From Aulosira sp. ZfuVER01 (GTDB lineage: Bacteria; Cyanobacteriota; Cyanobacteriia; Cyanobacteriales; Nostocaceae), in NCBI GenBank assembly GCA_034530615.2, contig JAVRCV020000004.1, forward strand, positions 64,001-128,000: a stretch of DNA of 64,000 nucleotides, given 5' to 3'. Below the pieces are notes generated by a model that saw nothing but the letters and a program-made list of their open reading frames with translations, did no database searches and was not told the DNA's origin. Positions within the stretch are counted from its first letter, which is position 1. Each line of letters begins with the position of its first letter. Of the stretch, positions 51,957 through 62,458 are shown in pieces. The position numbers and the translations under genes are program-made.

Positions 51957-53339
51957 ATGACAGGGCTTTTTAATCAATTTTCTCGCCGTAAATTTATCTT
52001 AACAGCTGGAGCTTCTGCGGGTGCTGTATTGCTGAAAGGCTGTTTGGGCAATCCTCCTGAGAATCTTAGCAGTGGTGGTAGCACAGCACAACCAACAGCG
52101 CAGCAAGTAGCTAATATTAGTCCTGAACAAAAGCCAGAAACTACTACAGTCAAGCTGGGATATATTCCCATTGTGGAAGCAGCACCGCTAATTATTGCTA
52201 AAGAGAAAGGCTTTTTTGCCAAGTATGGTATGAGCAATGTTGACCTTTCTAAGCAAGCTTCTTGGGGTTCAGCCAGAGACAATGTAGAAATTGGCTCGGT
52301 TGGTGGTGGGATTGATGGTGGTCAATGGCAAATGCCAATGCCTCATTTAATTACAGAAGGTTTAATTACCAAGGGTAATCAAAAAATTCCCATGTATGTA
52401 TTGTGCCAATTAATTACACATGGGAATGGAATTGCGATCGCCAACAAGCACCTAGGCAAAGGTGTAAGTTTACAATTGGCTAGCGCTAAGTCTTTATTTA
52501 AAGAACTCAAATCTTCCACACCCTTCACCGCTGCTTTCACCTTCCCCCACGTCAACCAAGATTTCTGGATTCGCTACTGGTTAGCAGCAAGTGGTATAGA
52601 CCCCGATGCAGACGTGAAGTTGCTCACCGTACCTTCGGCGCAAACTGTTGCGAACATGAAGACCGGAACAATGGATGCATTTAGTACTGGCGACCCCTGG
52701 CCTTATCGCCTTGTCAACGACAAAATTGGCTATGTGGCAGCATTAACCGCAGAGATTTGGAAGAATCATCCAGAAGAATACTTGGCAATGCGGGCTGATT
52801 GGGTAGACAAAAATCCCAAAGCCACCAAAGCACTACTTAAAGGCATTATGGAAGCGCAGCAGTGGTTAGATAATTTTGATAACCGCAAAGAAGCTGCTCA
52901 AATTCTCGCTGGTCGCAATTATTTTAATCTGCCCTCACCGGAAATTCTGGCAGCTCCATATCAAGGTAAATATGATATGGGTGATGGCCGCAAAATTGAT
53001 GATAAATCAATGGCGGCTTACTACTGGAAAGATGAAAAAGGTAACGTTTCTTATCCCTACAAGAGCCACGATTTATGGTTTATCACAGAAAGCGTTCGCT
53101 GGGGATTTTTACCTAAAGATTACATCACCAATAATGCTGCAAAAGCGAAAGAACTAATTAATAAAGTCAACCGCGAAGATATTTGGAAAGAAGCTGCGAA
53201 AGAAGCAGGAATTGCGGCCGCTGATATTCCCACAAATACATCTCGTGGTGTGGAAGAGTTTTTTGATGGCGTCAAATTTGACCCTGAAAAACCAGAAGAG
53301 TATCTGAAGAGTCTCAAGATTAAGAAGGTGAGTGTTTAG
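51957..53339 (+). CDS. cmpA: bicarbonate ABC transporter (BCT1) substrate-binding lipoprotein
   Basis: SRRKF signal, LKGC lipobox, [10 protein letters not shown] and [10 protein letters not shown] (CmpA-type rather than NrtA-type). Confidence 0.9.
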   Translation: MTGLFNQFSRRKFILTAGASAGAVLLKGCLGNPPENLSSGGSTAQPTAQQVANISPEQKPETTTVKLGYIPIVEAAPLIIAKEKGFFAKYGMSNVDLSKQASWGSARDNVEIGSVGGGIDGGQWQMPMPHLITEGLITKGNQKIPMYVLCQLITHGNGIAIANKHLGKGVSLQLASAKSLFKELKSSTPFTAAFTFPHVNQDFWIRYWLAASGIDPDADVKLLTVPSAQTVANMKTGTMDAFSTGDPWPYRLVNDKIGYVAALTAEIWKNHPEEYLAMRADWVDKNPKATKALLKGIMEAQQWLDNFDNRKEAAQILAGRNYFNLPSPEILAAPYQGKYDMGDGRKIDDKSMAAYYWKDEKGNVSYPYKSHDLWFITESVRWGFLPKDYITNNAAKAKELINKVNREDIWKEAAKEAGIAAADIPTNTSRGVEEFFDGVKFDPEKPEEYLKSLKIKKVSV

Positions 53340-53426
53340 TCAAAAGTCAAGGGTCATTTGCTGATTCTATTTATTCCTAGCACAAATGACAAATACCAAA
53401 TACCAATTTCAAGGAGATAACAGTTT

Positions 53427-54266
53427 ATGACAATTGCTCAAAAACGCCCTGCAAGCCCTCGGTTCGATAACAGCTTTATATCCCGTTTACAAAAACAATT
53501 TCCCAATGTTGTACCGCCAGCGATCGCAATTTTAATATTTTTAGTTGTGTGGCAACTGTTTGCTTTGACTCCTGGCGCAACATTACCAGGGCCAGTTCAA
53601 GTAATCACAGACACTTGGATATTAATTTTGTACCCCTTCTATGACAAAGGTGGCACTGATAAGGGTCTTTTTTGGCAGATTTGGGCAAGTCTACAACGGG
53701 TTGCAATTAGTTACACACTAGCGGCAATTGTTGGTATTGGCTTGGGTATTTTGATTGGGGTGAATAAAACCATGTCTAAAGCTTTAGACCCCATCTTCCA
53801 ATTATTACGGACTGTACCACCTCTAGCTTGGGTGCCAATTTCCTTGGCAGCGTTACGGCAAAACGAACCAGCAGCTTTATTCGTTATCTTCATCACCGCA
53901 ATTTGGCCGATCTTAATTAATACGGCTGTGGGTGTAACTCAAATTCCCCAAGATTACAATAACGTTGCCAAAGTTCTGCAACTGAGCCGCAAAGACTACT
54001 TCATCAATATCTTAATCCCGGCTGCTTTACCATACATTTTCACAGGTTTAAGAATTGCAATTGGTTTGGCTTGGTTAGCGATTATCGCCGCAGAAATTGT
54101 CATGTCCGGTATTGTCGGTATTGGCTTCTTTATCTGGGATGCTTATCAAAATAACAACGTTAGTGAAGTTATTTTGGCTCTAGTTTATATCGGCGTTGTC
54201 GGTTTGCTCCTCGATAAATTAATGGCTTGGATTCAAAATCTGATTTTACCGACAGAACAAAAGTAA
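53427..54266 (+). CDS. cmpB: bicarbonate ABC transporter permease
   Basis: SLQRVA, RTVPPLAWVP, AWLAIIAAE; follows cmpA. Confidence 0.88.
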   Translation: MTIAQKRPASPRFDNSFISRLQKQFPNVVPPAIAILIFLVVWQLFALTPGATLPGPVQVITDTWILILYPFYDKGGTDKGLFWQIWASLQRVAISYTLAAIVGIGLGILIGVNKTMSKALDPIFQLLRTVPPLAWVPISLAALRQNEPAALFVIFITAIWPILINTAVGVTQIPQDYNNVAKVLQLSRKDYFINILIPAALPYIFTGLRIAIGLAWLAIIAAEIVMSGIVGIGFFIWDAYQNNNVSEVILALVYIGVVGLLLDKLMAWIQNLILPTEQK

Positions 54267-54321
54267 TTCAAATTGAAGATTTAACCTCCTTTGGGGGCTT
54301 CAAAATTCCAGCAATACCCAC

Positions 54322-54503
54322 CTAGCCCTACCAAGGTGACTCGTAAAATCTATTTTTTCTCTGCGATCTTTGTGTTCTCTGCGGTTTAAAAGTAGTTTAT
54401 TTAATCACAGATGCACAGCGGATGATACTTGCGTGCGCGGGTAGTCCGTAGCACAGAGATAAGAGAATAAAAAGGGAGTTTTTATCCACCTTGAAAGGGC
54501 TAG
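54322..54503. mobile_element. decayed MITE-like element between cmpB and flv4
   Basis: CTAGCCCTACCAAGGTG ... CACCTTGAAAGGGCTAG imperfect TIRs; partly matching flanks CAATACCCAC / CAATCCTCAA. Confidence 0.55.
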
Positions 54504-54673
54504 CAATCCTCAACCTACTTAATATTTCAAACATCAATAATCCTTTAATTCTAGAACGAATAAAAATTTCTAATTGATAGCTTTAGAAATCGGCATTTTA
54601 CTAATTTCAATTTTTCAGTAAACATAAGAAATAAGCACACTTGCTCAACATAATAAATTTTTGGAAAAAATTT

Positions 54674-56407
54674 ATGGTCGCACTCACACAGTCTAATCAA
54701 GTTCTACCAAAACCAGGGCGTTTGACAGTTGAAACTGTAGAAATTGCTCCGCAAACTACTGCTATTCGTTGTCTCGATTGGGATAGAGAGCGTTTTGATA
54801 TTGAGTTTGGTTTACGGAATGGAACGACTTATAATTCTTTCTTGATTCAGGGTGAAAAAGTTGCTTTAGTTGATACTTCTCACCGCAAGTTTGAGCAGTT
54901 ATATCTGGAAATACTTGCTGGCATAATTGACCCGAATCAGATAGACTATTTGATTATTAGCCACACTGAACCAGACCATAGTGGCTTAGTTAAAGATATT
55001 TTGCAATTAGCTCCTGCCATTACCGTAGTTGGCGCTAAGGTAGCTATTCAATTTTTAGAAAATATGGTTCACCAGCCTTTTAAATCAATGCTGGTAAAAA
55101 GTGGAGAACGCCTCGATTTAGGTAATGGACACGAATTAGAATTTGTTTCTGCACCTAACTTACATTGGCCGGATACAATATTCACTTACGACCATAAAAC
55201 TAACATTCTTTACACCTGTGATGTGTTGGGAATGCATTACTGTGACGATCATACTTACGATGAGAATTTCACAGCAATAGAGGAAGATTTTGCATATTAT
55301 TATGATTGTCTGATGGGTCCGAATGCGCGGTCTGTGTTGGCAGCTTTAAAGCGGATTGAAAAATTAGAAATAAAAACAGTTGCCACAGGACATGGGCCTT
55401 TATTACAGCACTATATTCCCGAATGGATTGGGCGTTATCAAAATTGGAGTTTAGAGCAAGCCAAAACAGAGACATTAGTGGCTTTATTTTATGTAGAAGA
55501 TTACGGTTATAGTGAAACTTTAGTCAGAGCGATCGCCTACGGTATTAGCAAAACAGGTGTGGCGGTAGAATTAGTAGCTCTGAATAATACTGAACCTCAA
55601 GAAATCAGAGAATTAGTTTCCCAAGCTGCTGGTTTAGTGATCGGAATGCCTCCCCAATCTTCGGTTACAGATCAAGCCGCTTTAAATACTATTTTGGCTG
55701 CGGCTCATCATAAGCAAGCAATTGGTTTATTAGAGTCGGGAGGAGGAGATGATGAACCCGTTTACCCCTTACGTAATAAGTTTCAAGAACTAGGATTAAC
55801 TGAAGCCTTTCCTCCTATTTTAGTTAAAGAAACTCCCTCTAAAGTCACAGAACAACTTTGTGATGAAGCGGGAACAGATATGGGGCAATGGTTAAACCGC
55901 GATCGCACAATTAAACAAATCAAATCTCTCAACAACGAATTAGAAAAATCCTTAGGGCGGATTAGTACAGGACTATATATTATCACCGCCAAAAAAGGAG
56001 AAGTTCAAAGTGCAATGCTAGCTTCTTGGGTGACACAAGCGAGTCTTAACCCCTTGGGAGTAGCGATCGCAGTCGCCAAAGATAGAGCTATAGAATCATT
56101 AATGCACGTAGGCGATCGCTTTGTTTTAAATGTCTTAGAAGAAGGCAGATATCAAGGATTAATGAAACATTTCCTCAAGCGTTTTCCTCCTGGTGCAGAT
56201 CGCTTTGCTGGAGTCAAAACATATCCTGCTGCTACCAATGAATCTCCTATCTTAGCTGAAGCTCTAGCTTATATGGAATGTGAAATTACTAGCCGCATGG
56301 ATTGTGGAGATCATTGGGTAATTTATAGCACAGTTCAAACTGGACGAGTTGCTCAAGTAAATGCACTCACCGCCGTCCATCACCGCAAAATTGGCAATCA
56401 TTACTAA
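54674..56407 (+). CDS. flv4: flavodiiron protein Flv4 type (canonical di-iron site)
   Basis: GTTYNS, SHTEPDH, PNLHWPD, GHGP, flavodoxin domain, C-terminal flavin reductase (GDH, HHRKIGNHY); first gene of the triad. Confidence 0.85.
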   Translation: MVALTQSNQVLPKPGRLTVETVEIAPQTTAIRCLDWDRERFDIEFGLRNGTTYNSFLIQGEKVALVDTSHRKFEQLYLEILAGIIDPNQIDYLIISHTEPDHSGLVKDILQLAPAITVVGAKVAIQFLENMVHQPFKSMLVKSGERLDLGNGHELEFVSAPNLHWPDTIFTYDHKTNILYTCDVLGMHYCDDHTYDENFTAIEEDFAYYYDCLMGPNARSVLAALKRIEKLEIKTVATGHGPLLQHYIPEWIGRYQNWSLEQAKTETLVALFYVEDYGYSETLVRAIAYGISKTGVAVELVALNNTEPQEIRELVSQAAGLVIGMPPQSSVTDQAALNTILAAAHHKQAIGLLESGGGDDEPVYPLRNKFQELGLTEAFPPILVKETPSKVTEQLCDEAGTDMGQWLNRDRTIKQIKSLNNELEKSLGRISTGLYIITAKKGEVQSAMLASWVTQASLNPLGVAIAVAKDRAIESLMHVGDRFVLNVLEEGRYQGLMKHFLKRFPPGADRFAGVKTYPAATNESPILAEALAYMECEITSRMDCGDHWVIYSTVQTGRVAQVNALTAVHHRKIGNHY

Positions 56408-56498
56408 ATTGGGCATGGGGCATAGGTTATTCCCCTTGTCTCCTCCTCTCCTGATCTCCCCTGCTTCCTAATCCCTCACACCAAACCCCTAATTCCTA

Positions 56499-57011
56499 AT
56501 GCATAATCCTGCTGAAAGTACTCCAATTACTATGTACGAAATCAACCGGGGGCGCGTCGTGCGAAGCTTGGAATTTATCCAAGACGTGATTGTCATTTGT
56601 TTGTGCATCGGTTTATTTAGCTTCATGGTGCTTCAGGTGAGAGATATGTTTCTCTCTTTACTTCCGCCTCTAGACTTTAATGCTGTTACCGCCGATATTC
56701 TCTTTTTACTTATCTTAGTTGAGTTATTTCGACTACTGATTATTTACCTCCAGGAACATCGAGTATCTATTGGGGTAGCTGTGGAAGTTTCCATTGTTTC
56801 CGCATTGCGAGAAGTCATTGTTAAAGGTGTTCTGGAAACAACTTGGAGTCAAGTTTTAGCAACTTGTGCCTTCTTATTAGTTCTGGGAGTTTTACTCATT
56901 CTACGAGTCTGGCTACCTCCTACCTTTGATGGTATCGATCCAGAACAAGCAATATCTAAACGCTACAAAAATCGAGTTAAATCCGAATTAATCCAAACCA
57001 ACAGTCATTAA
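56499..57011 (+). CDS. Sll0218-like PsiE-family membrane protein
   Basis: about four TM helices, LILVELFRLLI.YL, IVSALREVI; lies between two flv genes. Confidence 0.85.
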   Translation: MHNPAESTPITMYEINRGRVVRSLEFIQDVIVICLCIGLFSFMVLQVRDMFLSLLPPLDFNAVTADILFLLILVELFRLLIIYLQEHRVSIGVAVEVSIVSALREVIVKGVLETTWSQVLATCAFLLVLGVLLILRVWLPPTFDGIDPEQAISKRYKNRVKSELIQTNSH

Positions 57012-57098
57012 TTAACGGCTGGGGCTAGGGAGCAGAGAAAAATACAATGCCCAATGCCTAATGCCCAATGCCCCATGCCCACACCCACAGAGGTTACT

Positions 57099-58835
57099 AT
57101 GTCTGCTAATACTGTAACTACCAATCGTCAAAGAGATGTACAGGTTGCTGAAATTGGAAAAGATACACTAATTCTGCGATCGCGGACTTGGGAGCGATTA
57201 AAGTTTGAGGTGGAGTATTCCCGCCAAAAAGGAACTACAGCAAATTCTTATCTCATTCAAGCTGATAAAAAAGCTTTAATCGATCCTCCCGGTGAATCTT
57301 TTACCGAAATTTATCTTCAGGAACTAGGGCAACATCTAGATTTATCTACTTTAGATTACATTGTTCTCGGTCATGTCAACCCTAACCGCAGAGCTACTTT
57401 GCAAGTATTGCTCTCTCGAGTTCCTCAAGTTACTTTAATTTGTTCTCGTCCTGCGGCTAATGCGCTAAAAACCGCTTTTCCTGAATGGGAGTCACGCATT
57501 CAAGCTGTGCGCTCAGAAGATACTTTAGATTTAGGACAGGGACATCATCTGACATTTGTGAGTGTACCAACTCCCCGGTGGGCAGATGGACTTTGTACTT
57601 ATGATTCTGCTACCAAGATTCTCTACACAGATAAATTCTTTGGTGCACATATTTGCGAAGATACTCTATTTGATGAAGACTGGAAAAGATTAGACGCAGA
57701 ACGTCATTACTATTTTGACTGTCTGCACGCGCCCCAAGCCAAACAAGTTGAAGTTGCTCTAGAAAAATTTTCGGTTTTCCCAGCTAAATCTTACGCTCCT
57801 GCGCATGGCCCAGTTGTGCGTTATAGCCTGAGCCGATTTACTTATGATTACCGTCAATGGTGCCAAGGGCAAAAATCTCAAGAGTTAACTGTTGCTTTGC
57901 TTTATGCTTCTGCTTATGGAAATACAGCAGTTTTGGCAAATGCGATCGCTCAAGGTTTAATTGAAAATCAAGTCAATGTCGAATCCATTAACTGTGAACT
58001 AGCAGATACCGCCGAGATTATCCGCATTATCGAAGCTTGTGATGGATTTATTATTGGCTCACCCACCTTAGGCGGCCATGCACCTACTCAAATTCAAACG
58101 GCTTTAGGAATAATTCTCGCAACAGCCGCTAAAACCAAATTAGCAGGAGTATTTGGCTCCTATGGCTGGAGTGGAGAAGCCATCGATTTACTAGAAAGCA
58201 AACTCAAAGATGCCAACTATAGTTTAGGATTTGAATCAATTCGAGTCCGCTTCACTCCTACATCAGAAATTCTCCAACAATGTCAACAAGCAGGTGCAGC
58301 CTTTGCCCAAAACTTGAAGAAAACTAAGAAACTGCGGACTCCTCGCCAAGTTGTCACAGAAACCCATGTAGATCGTACCGAACAAGCAGTGGGGCGGATC
58401 ATTGGTTCTTTGTGTGTCGTGACAACTTGTGATGAAGGCACCCATAAAGGTGTTTTAACATCTTGGGTATCGCAAGCAACCTTTAACCCTCCAGGAATCA
58501 TGATTGCCATTGCTGATGAACAGAATGCAGATTTAATGTGTCATCAAGGTGATAAATTTGTGCTGAATATCCTCAAAGAAGGTAGAAATGTCCGCCGCTA
58601 TTTTTCTCGTCAAAGCGCTTTAGGAGACAATCCGTTTATTAATCTGTCTACCAAAACCGCTATTAATGGTTGTCTCATTCTTACCGAAGCATTGTCCTAT
58701 TTAGAATGCACAGTTCAAAATCAAATTAAATGCGGTGACAGATGGTTAATTTATGCTGTAGTAGATAACGGTGAAGTCCTAGAAAACGAAGGCTTAACCG
58801 CCCTCGAATACCGTAAATCCGGCAGCTATTATTAA
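57099..58835 (+). CDS. flv2: flavodiiron protein Flv2 type (non-canonical di-iron site)
   Basis: GTTANS, GHVNPNR, PTPRWAD, YASAYGNT, FGSYGWSGEA, reductase domain; GAGG before ATG 57099. Confidence 0.85.
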   Translation: MSANTVTTNRQRDVQVAEIGKDTLILRSRTWERLKFEVEYSRQKGTTANSYLIQADKKALIDPPGESFTEIYLQELGQHLDLSTLDYIVLGHVNPNRRATLQVLLSRVPQVTLICSRPAANALKTAFPEWESRIQAVRSEDTLDLGQGHHLTFVSVPTPRWADGLCTYDSATKILYTDKFFGAHICEDTLFDEDWKRLDAERHYYFDCLHAPQAKQVEVALEKFSVFPAKSYAPAHGPVVRYSLSRFTYDYRQWCQGQKSQELTVALLYASAYGNTAVLANAIAQGLIENQVNVESINCELADTAEIIRIIEACDGFIIGSPTLGGHAPTQIQTALGIILATAAKTKLAGVFGSYGWSGEAIDLLESKLKDANYSLGFESIRVRFTPTSEILQQCQQAGAAFAQNLKKTKKLRTPRQVVTETHVDRTEQAVGRIIGSLCVVTTCDEGTHKGVLTSWVSQATFNPPGIMIAIADEQNADLMCHQGDKFVLNILKEGRNVRRYFSRQSALGDNPFINLSTKTAINGCLILTEALSYLECTVQNQIKCGDRWLIYAVVDNGEVLENEGLTALEYRKSGSYY

Positions 58836-58926
58836 TTCGTTATTGGGCAATTACCCATCTCTTCATCTCCTTTACTTCCTCCTCGTCTTTTCCAACTTTC
58901 TAACCAAATATCAATACCAAGTTATC

Positions 58927-60930
58927 ATGTCTACATTTGTTGCTGTCGATCAAATTGACAAAGTTTTTGAATTAACAGGTGGCGGTCAATATATCGCCCT
59001 CAAAGGAATAGATTTACAAATTAAAAAAGGCGAATTTGTTTCTTTAATTGGGCACTCTGGTTGTGGTAAATCCACGCTATTAAATATGATTGCTGGCTTA
59101 GATTTACCATCTGAAGGTGTAGTTACTTTAGAAGGACAAAGAATCGCCAAGCCAGGCCCAGATAGGATGGTAGTATTCCAAAATTATTCCTTACTACCTT
59201 GGCGGACAGTTAGAGAAAATATTGCCTTAGCGGTGGACTCGGTGATGAAGGGTATGCCTGCCGATGAACGCCGATCTATTGTAGAAAAACATATAGATAT
59301 GGTAGGTTTGCGTCCCCATGCTGATAAACAGCCGGGAATGTTATCTGGGGGACAAAAACAACGAGTTGCGATCGCCCGCGCTTTAGCAATTCGTCCCAAG
59401 TTATTATTACTAGATGAACCCTTTGGTGCATTGGATGCACTCACCAGAGGGAATTTGCAAGAACAACTCATGCAAATCTGCGAAGAAAATGAAGTCACTG
59501 CGGTAATGGTGACACATGACGTAGATGAAGCCGTGTTGTTATCTGACAGAATTGTCATGCTGACCAATGGCCCCGAATCGAAAATTGGGGACATCTTAGA
59601 AGTAGATATCCCCAGACCCCGCAAACGCATGGAAGTAGTAGAACATCCCAGCTACTACAGTCTGCGGAGTGAGATGATTTACTTCCTCAACCAGCAAAAA
59701 CGCATTAAGAAAATTCGGGCGCGGAAAACTGCGAATATTTCCCGTCATGGCTTAGAAAAAGTCAACTTAGAAATTGGCTTTTTACCACTCAGCGCCTGCG
59801 CCCCCTTGGCCATTGCGAAAGAAAAAGGCTTTTTTGCCAAGCATGGTTTAGATGAAGTCAACTTAGTGCGGGAAACCAGCTGGCGCGGTATTGAAGATGG
59901 TATCGCTGGCGGTTATTTAGATGCTGCTCAAATGCCTTCGGGTATGCCAATGTGGTTAACATTGGGCGGACATAAAAACCAACCGCTACCCGTTGTCAGT
60001 TCCCTCACCATGACTCGTAACGGTAACGCCATTACCTTGGCAAAACGCTTTTACGACCAAGGCGTGCAAAGCTTATCAGACTTTAAAAAATATCTCCAAC
60101 GTACCCGCGAACAAAGGCACACAATGGGGGTAGTCCACCCCGCATCCATGCACAATTTACTGCTGCGTTACTGGCTAGCGGCTGGGGGAATTGACCCCGA
60201 TAGCGATGTGGACATGAAGACCATTCCCCCAGCGCAGATGGTAGCAGACTTACAAAATGGCAGTATTGACGGTTACTGTGTGGGCGAACCTTGGAACTAC
60301 CGCGCCGCCATTGAAGGTGTTGGCTTTACCGTTGCTACTGACTTAGAAGTATGGCTAGGACACCCCGGTAAAGTACTTGGCGTGCGGGAAGATTGGGCAG
60401 AAGCTTACCCCAATACCCACATTGCATTAACTAAAGCCTTACTAGAAGCTTGCGTTTACTGTGCAGATCCCAAAAATGCCGAGGAAATTAGAAGGATTAC
60501 AGCCGGGCGAGATTATGTCAGTACAGATATAGAGTATATTCAACTCGAAGACCCCGAAGGCTTGACTTGTGACTTAGACCATCCACTACGGGATTACGCC
60601 CATCACCAATTTTATTCAGAGTCGGCAATCAACCGCCCCAGCCGTACCGAACAAATTTGGATTATGAGTCAACTAGCGCGGTGGGGTGATACTCCCTTCC
60701 CCAGAAATTGGGTAGAAGTTGTAGAAAGAGTTTGTCGAGTCCGCGTCTTCAGCACCGCAGCCAGAGAATTAGGCTTAGATATTAGCTACACTCGCCAACC
60801 CATTCAGCTATTCGATGGTACACCGTTTAATGCTGACGATCCGATCGCCTATCTCAACAGTTTAGATATTAAGCGCGACTTCTCCGTTGCTGAAGTTATC
60901 CTCGATGCACCCAGAAGAACAGCAGCGTAG
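58927..60930 (+). CDS. cmpC: BCT1 ATP-binding subunit with C-terminal CmpA/NrtA-like regulatory domain
   Basis: GHSGCGKS, LSGGQ, LLLDEP; C-terminal [19 protein letters not shown] domain. Confidence 0.9.
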   Translation: MSTFVAVDQIDKVFELTGGGQYIALKGIDLQIKKGEFVSLIGHSGCGKSTLLNMIAGLDLPSEGVVTLEGQRIAKPGPDRMVVFQNYSLLPWRTVRENIALAVDSVMKGMPADERRSIVEKHIDMVGLRPHADKQPGMLSGGQKQRVAIARALAIRPKLLLLDEPFGALDALTRGNLQEQLMQICEENEVTAVMVTHDVDEAVLLSDRIVMLTNGPESKIGDILEVDIPRPRKRMEVVEHPSYYSLRSEMIYFLNQQKRIKKIRARKTANISRHGLEKVNLEIGFLPLSACAPLAIAKEKGFFAKHGLDEVNLVRETSWRGIEDGIAGGYLDAAQMPSGMPMWLTLGGHKNQPLPVVSSLTMTRNGNAITLAKRFYDQGVQSLSDFKKYLQRTREQRHTMGVVHPASMHNLLLRYWLAAGGIDPDSDVDMKTIPPAQMVADLQNGSIDGYCVGEPWNYRAAIEGVGFTVATDLEVWLGHPGKVLGVREDWAEAYPNTHIALTKALLEACVYCADPKNAEEIRRITAGRDYVSTDIEYIQLEDPEGLTCDLDHPLRDYAHHQFYSESAINRPSRTEQIWIMSQLARWGDTPFPRNWVEVVERVCRVRVFSTAARELGLDISYTRQPIQLFDGTPFNADDPIAYLNSLDIKRDFSVAEVILDAPRRTAA

Positions 60931-61020
60931 GGAGAATTCAAAATTATTTTCCCAGTGTTCCAAGCTTGAGGGCATCCTCAGCCCTCATTTTTCCAGACTT
61001 GAGAGTCTTTGAACTTCACG

Positions 61021-61272
61021 AATGAGGCTCGGAAGTTCATTAATGAGGCTCAGAAGTTCATTAATGAGGCTCAGAAGTTCGTTAATGAGGCTCGGAAGCT
61101 CGTTAATGAGGCTCGGAAGCTCGTTAATGAGGCTCAGAAGCTCGTTAATGAGGCTCAGAAGCTCGTTAATGAGGCTTAGAAGCTCGTTAATGAGGCTTAG
61201 AAGCTCATTAATGAGGCTCAGAAGTTCGTTAATGAGGCTTTTATCTCCGTTAACGAGGCTCAGAACCTCATT
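61021..61272. repeat. 12 x 21-bp tandem repeat (AATGAGGCTC[A/G]GAAG[C/T]TC[A/G]TT)
   Basis: head-to-tail units without spacers; the last two are degenerate. Confidence 0.95.
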
Positions 61273-61427
61273 AGAAAATCCCAAAAAACAATCACCCTTC
61301 TTTTTCTTTAAACCTTTGCGCCTCTGCGCCTACCCTGCGGGAACGGCTCCGCCGAATGGGTGAGACAGATTCATCTCTCCACCCAGCAAAACCTTAATTT
61401 CACACCCTTTATCCTTTTTATCTACCT

Positions 61428-62279
61428 ATGCAAAACCGCAATTTAAGATTAGCTGAAAGAACACCATTAGCAACTGGAATCAGCAACCCTCAACCTTTCT
61501 TAGAAATTAGAGACGTTTCCAAAGTTTACCCCACAAAAAAAGGCCCCTTCACCGTACTAGACGGCGTTAACCTCAACGTAGAACAAGGCGAATTTATTTG
61601 TGTAATAGGTCACTCTGGCTGTGGCAAATCAACCCTGCTAAATATGGTATCGGGTTTTAACTTTCCCACCTCAGGACAAGTACTGCTAGAAGGACAACCC
61701 ATCACCAAACCAGGCCCAGACAGGATGGTTGTCTTCCAAAACTATGCTCTACTCCCCTGGCGAACTGCTTTTGAAAATATTTATCTAGCTGTTAACGCAG
61801 TGTACCCCGAAAAGCCAGAAGCCCAAAAAAGAGCGATCGTCCGCGAACATTTGGCAATGGTGGGACTCGCTGATGCAATGGAAAAGAAACCAATGCAAAT
61901 GTCTGGGGGTATGAGACAGCGAGTTTCCATCGCCCGTGCTTTAGCTATTCGTCCCAAAGTTCTGATTTTAGACGAACCTTTTGGGGCATTAGATGCGATT
62001 ACCAAAGAAGAATTACAAGAGGAATTGCTGAAAATTTGGGGTGATAATCGCTGCACAGTGCTAATGATTACCCATGACATTGATGAAGCACTGTTTTTAG
62101 CAGACAAATTGGTAATGATGACCAATGGCCCTCACGCCAAAATTGGCGAAGTCTTGGAAATACCCTTTTCTCGTCCACGCGATCGCGCCCGCATCATGGA
62201 AGATCCTCAATATTACAAGCTGCGCAACTATGCCCTAGACTTCCTCTTTAACAGATTTGCCCACGACGATGTAGGCTAA
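61428..62279 (+). CDS. cmpD: BCT1 ATP-binding subunit
   Basis: GHSGCGKS, MSGGM, LILDEP, ITHD. Confidence 0.9.
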   Translation: MQNRNLRLAERTPLATGISNPQPFLEIRDVSKVYPTKKGPFTVLDGVNLNVEQGEFICVIGHSGCGKSTLLNMVSGFNFPTSGQVLLEGQPITKPGPDRMVVFQNYALLPWRTAFENIYLAVNAVYPEKPEAQKRAIVREHLAMVGLADAMEKKPMQMSGGMRQRVSIARALAIRPKVLILDEPFGALDAITKEELQEELLKIWGDNRCTVLMITHDIDEALFLADKLVMMTNGPHAKIGEVLEIPFSRPRDRARIMEDPQYYKLRNYALDFLFNRFAHDDVG

Positions 62280-62458
62280 AACGTTCCCTAGCACAACAAA
62301 GGTTAGTACTAAGTCAAAAGTAAAAGGTAAAATCAACAACCAGCCTTTTATTTTTGACTTTTTCTTTTTGTGTCTTTGTAGTTCCCTATTTTTTGCACAC
62401 AAAGCCACAAAGTAATTAAAATACAAGGTCGAGTTTGCTTCCTCTACTCAATCTAAGA

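Noticed and set aside
61021..61272. CRISPR array
   Set aside because: Units are head-to-tail with no unique spacers, and there are no cas genes in the window
60985..61363. ORFs 60985-61284 (-) and 61022-61363 (+) as genes
   Set aside because: Open frames follow from the stop-free 21-bp unit; no independent coding evidence
51957..62279. nrtABCD nitrate transporter
   Set aside because: Binding protein has CmpA-type motifs ([19 protein letters not shown]), there is no adjacent nirA or narB, and it is linked to low-carbon flv genes
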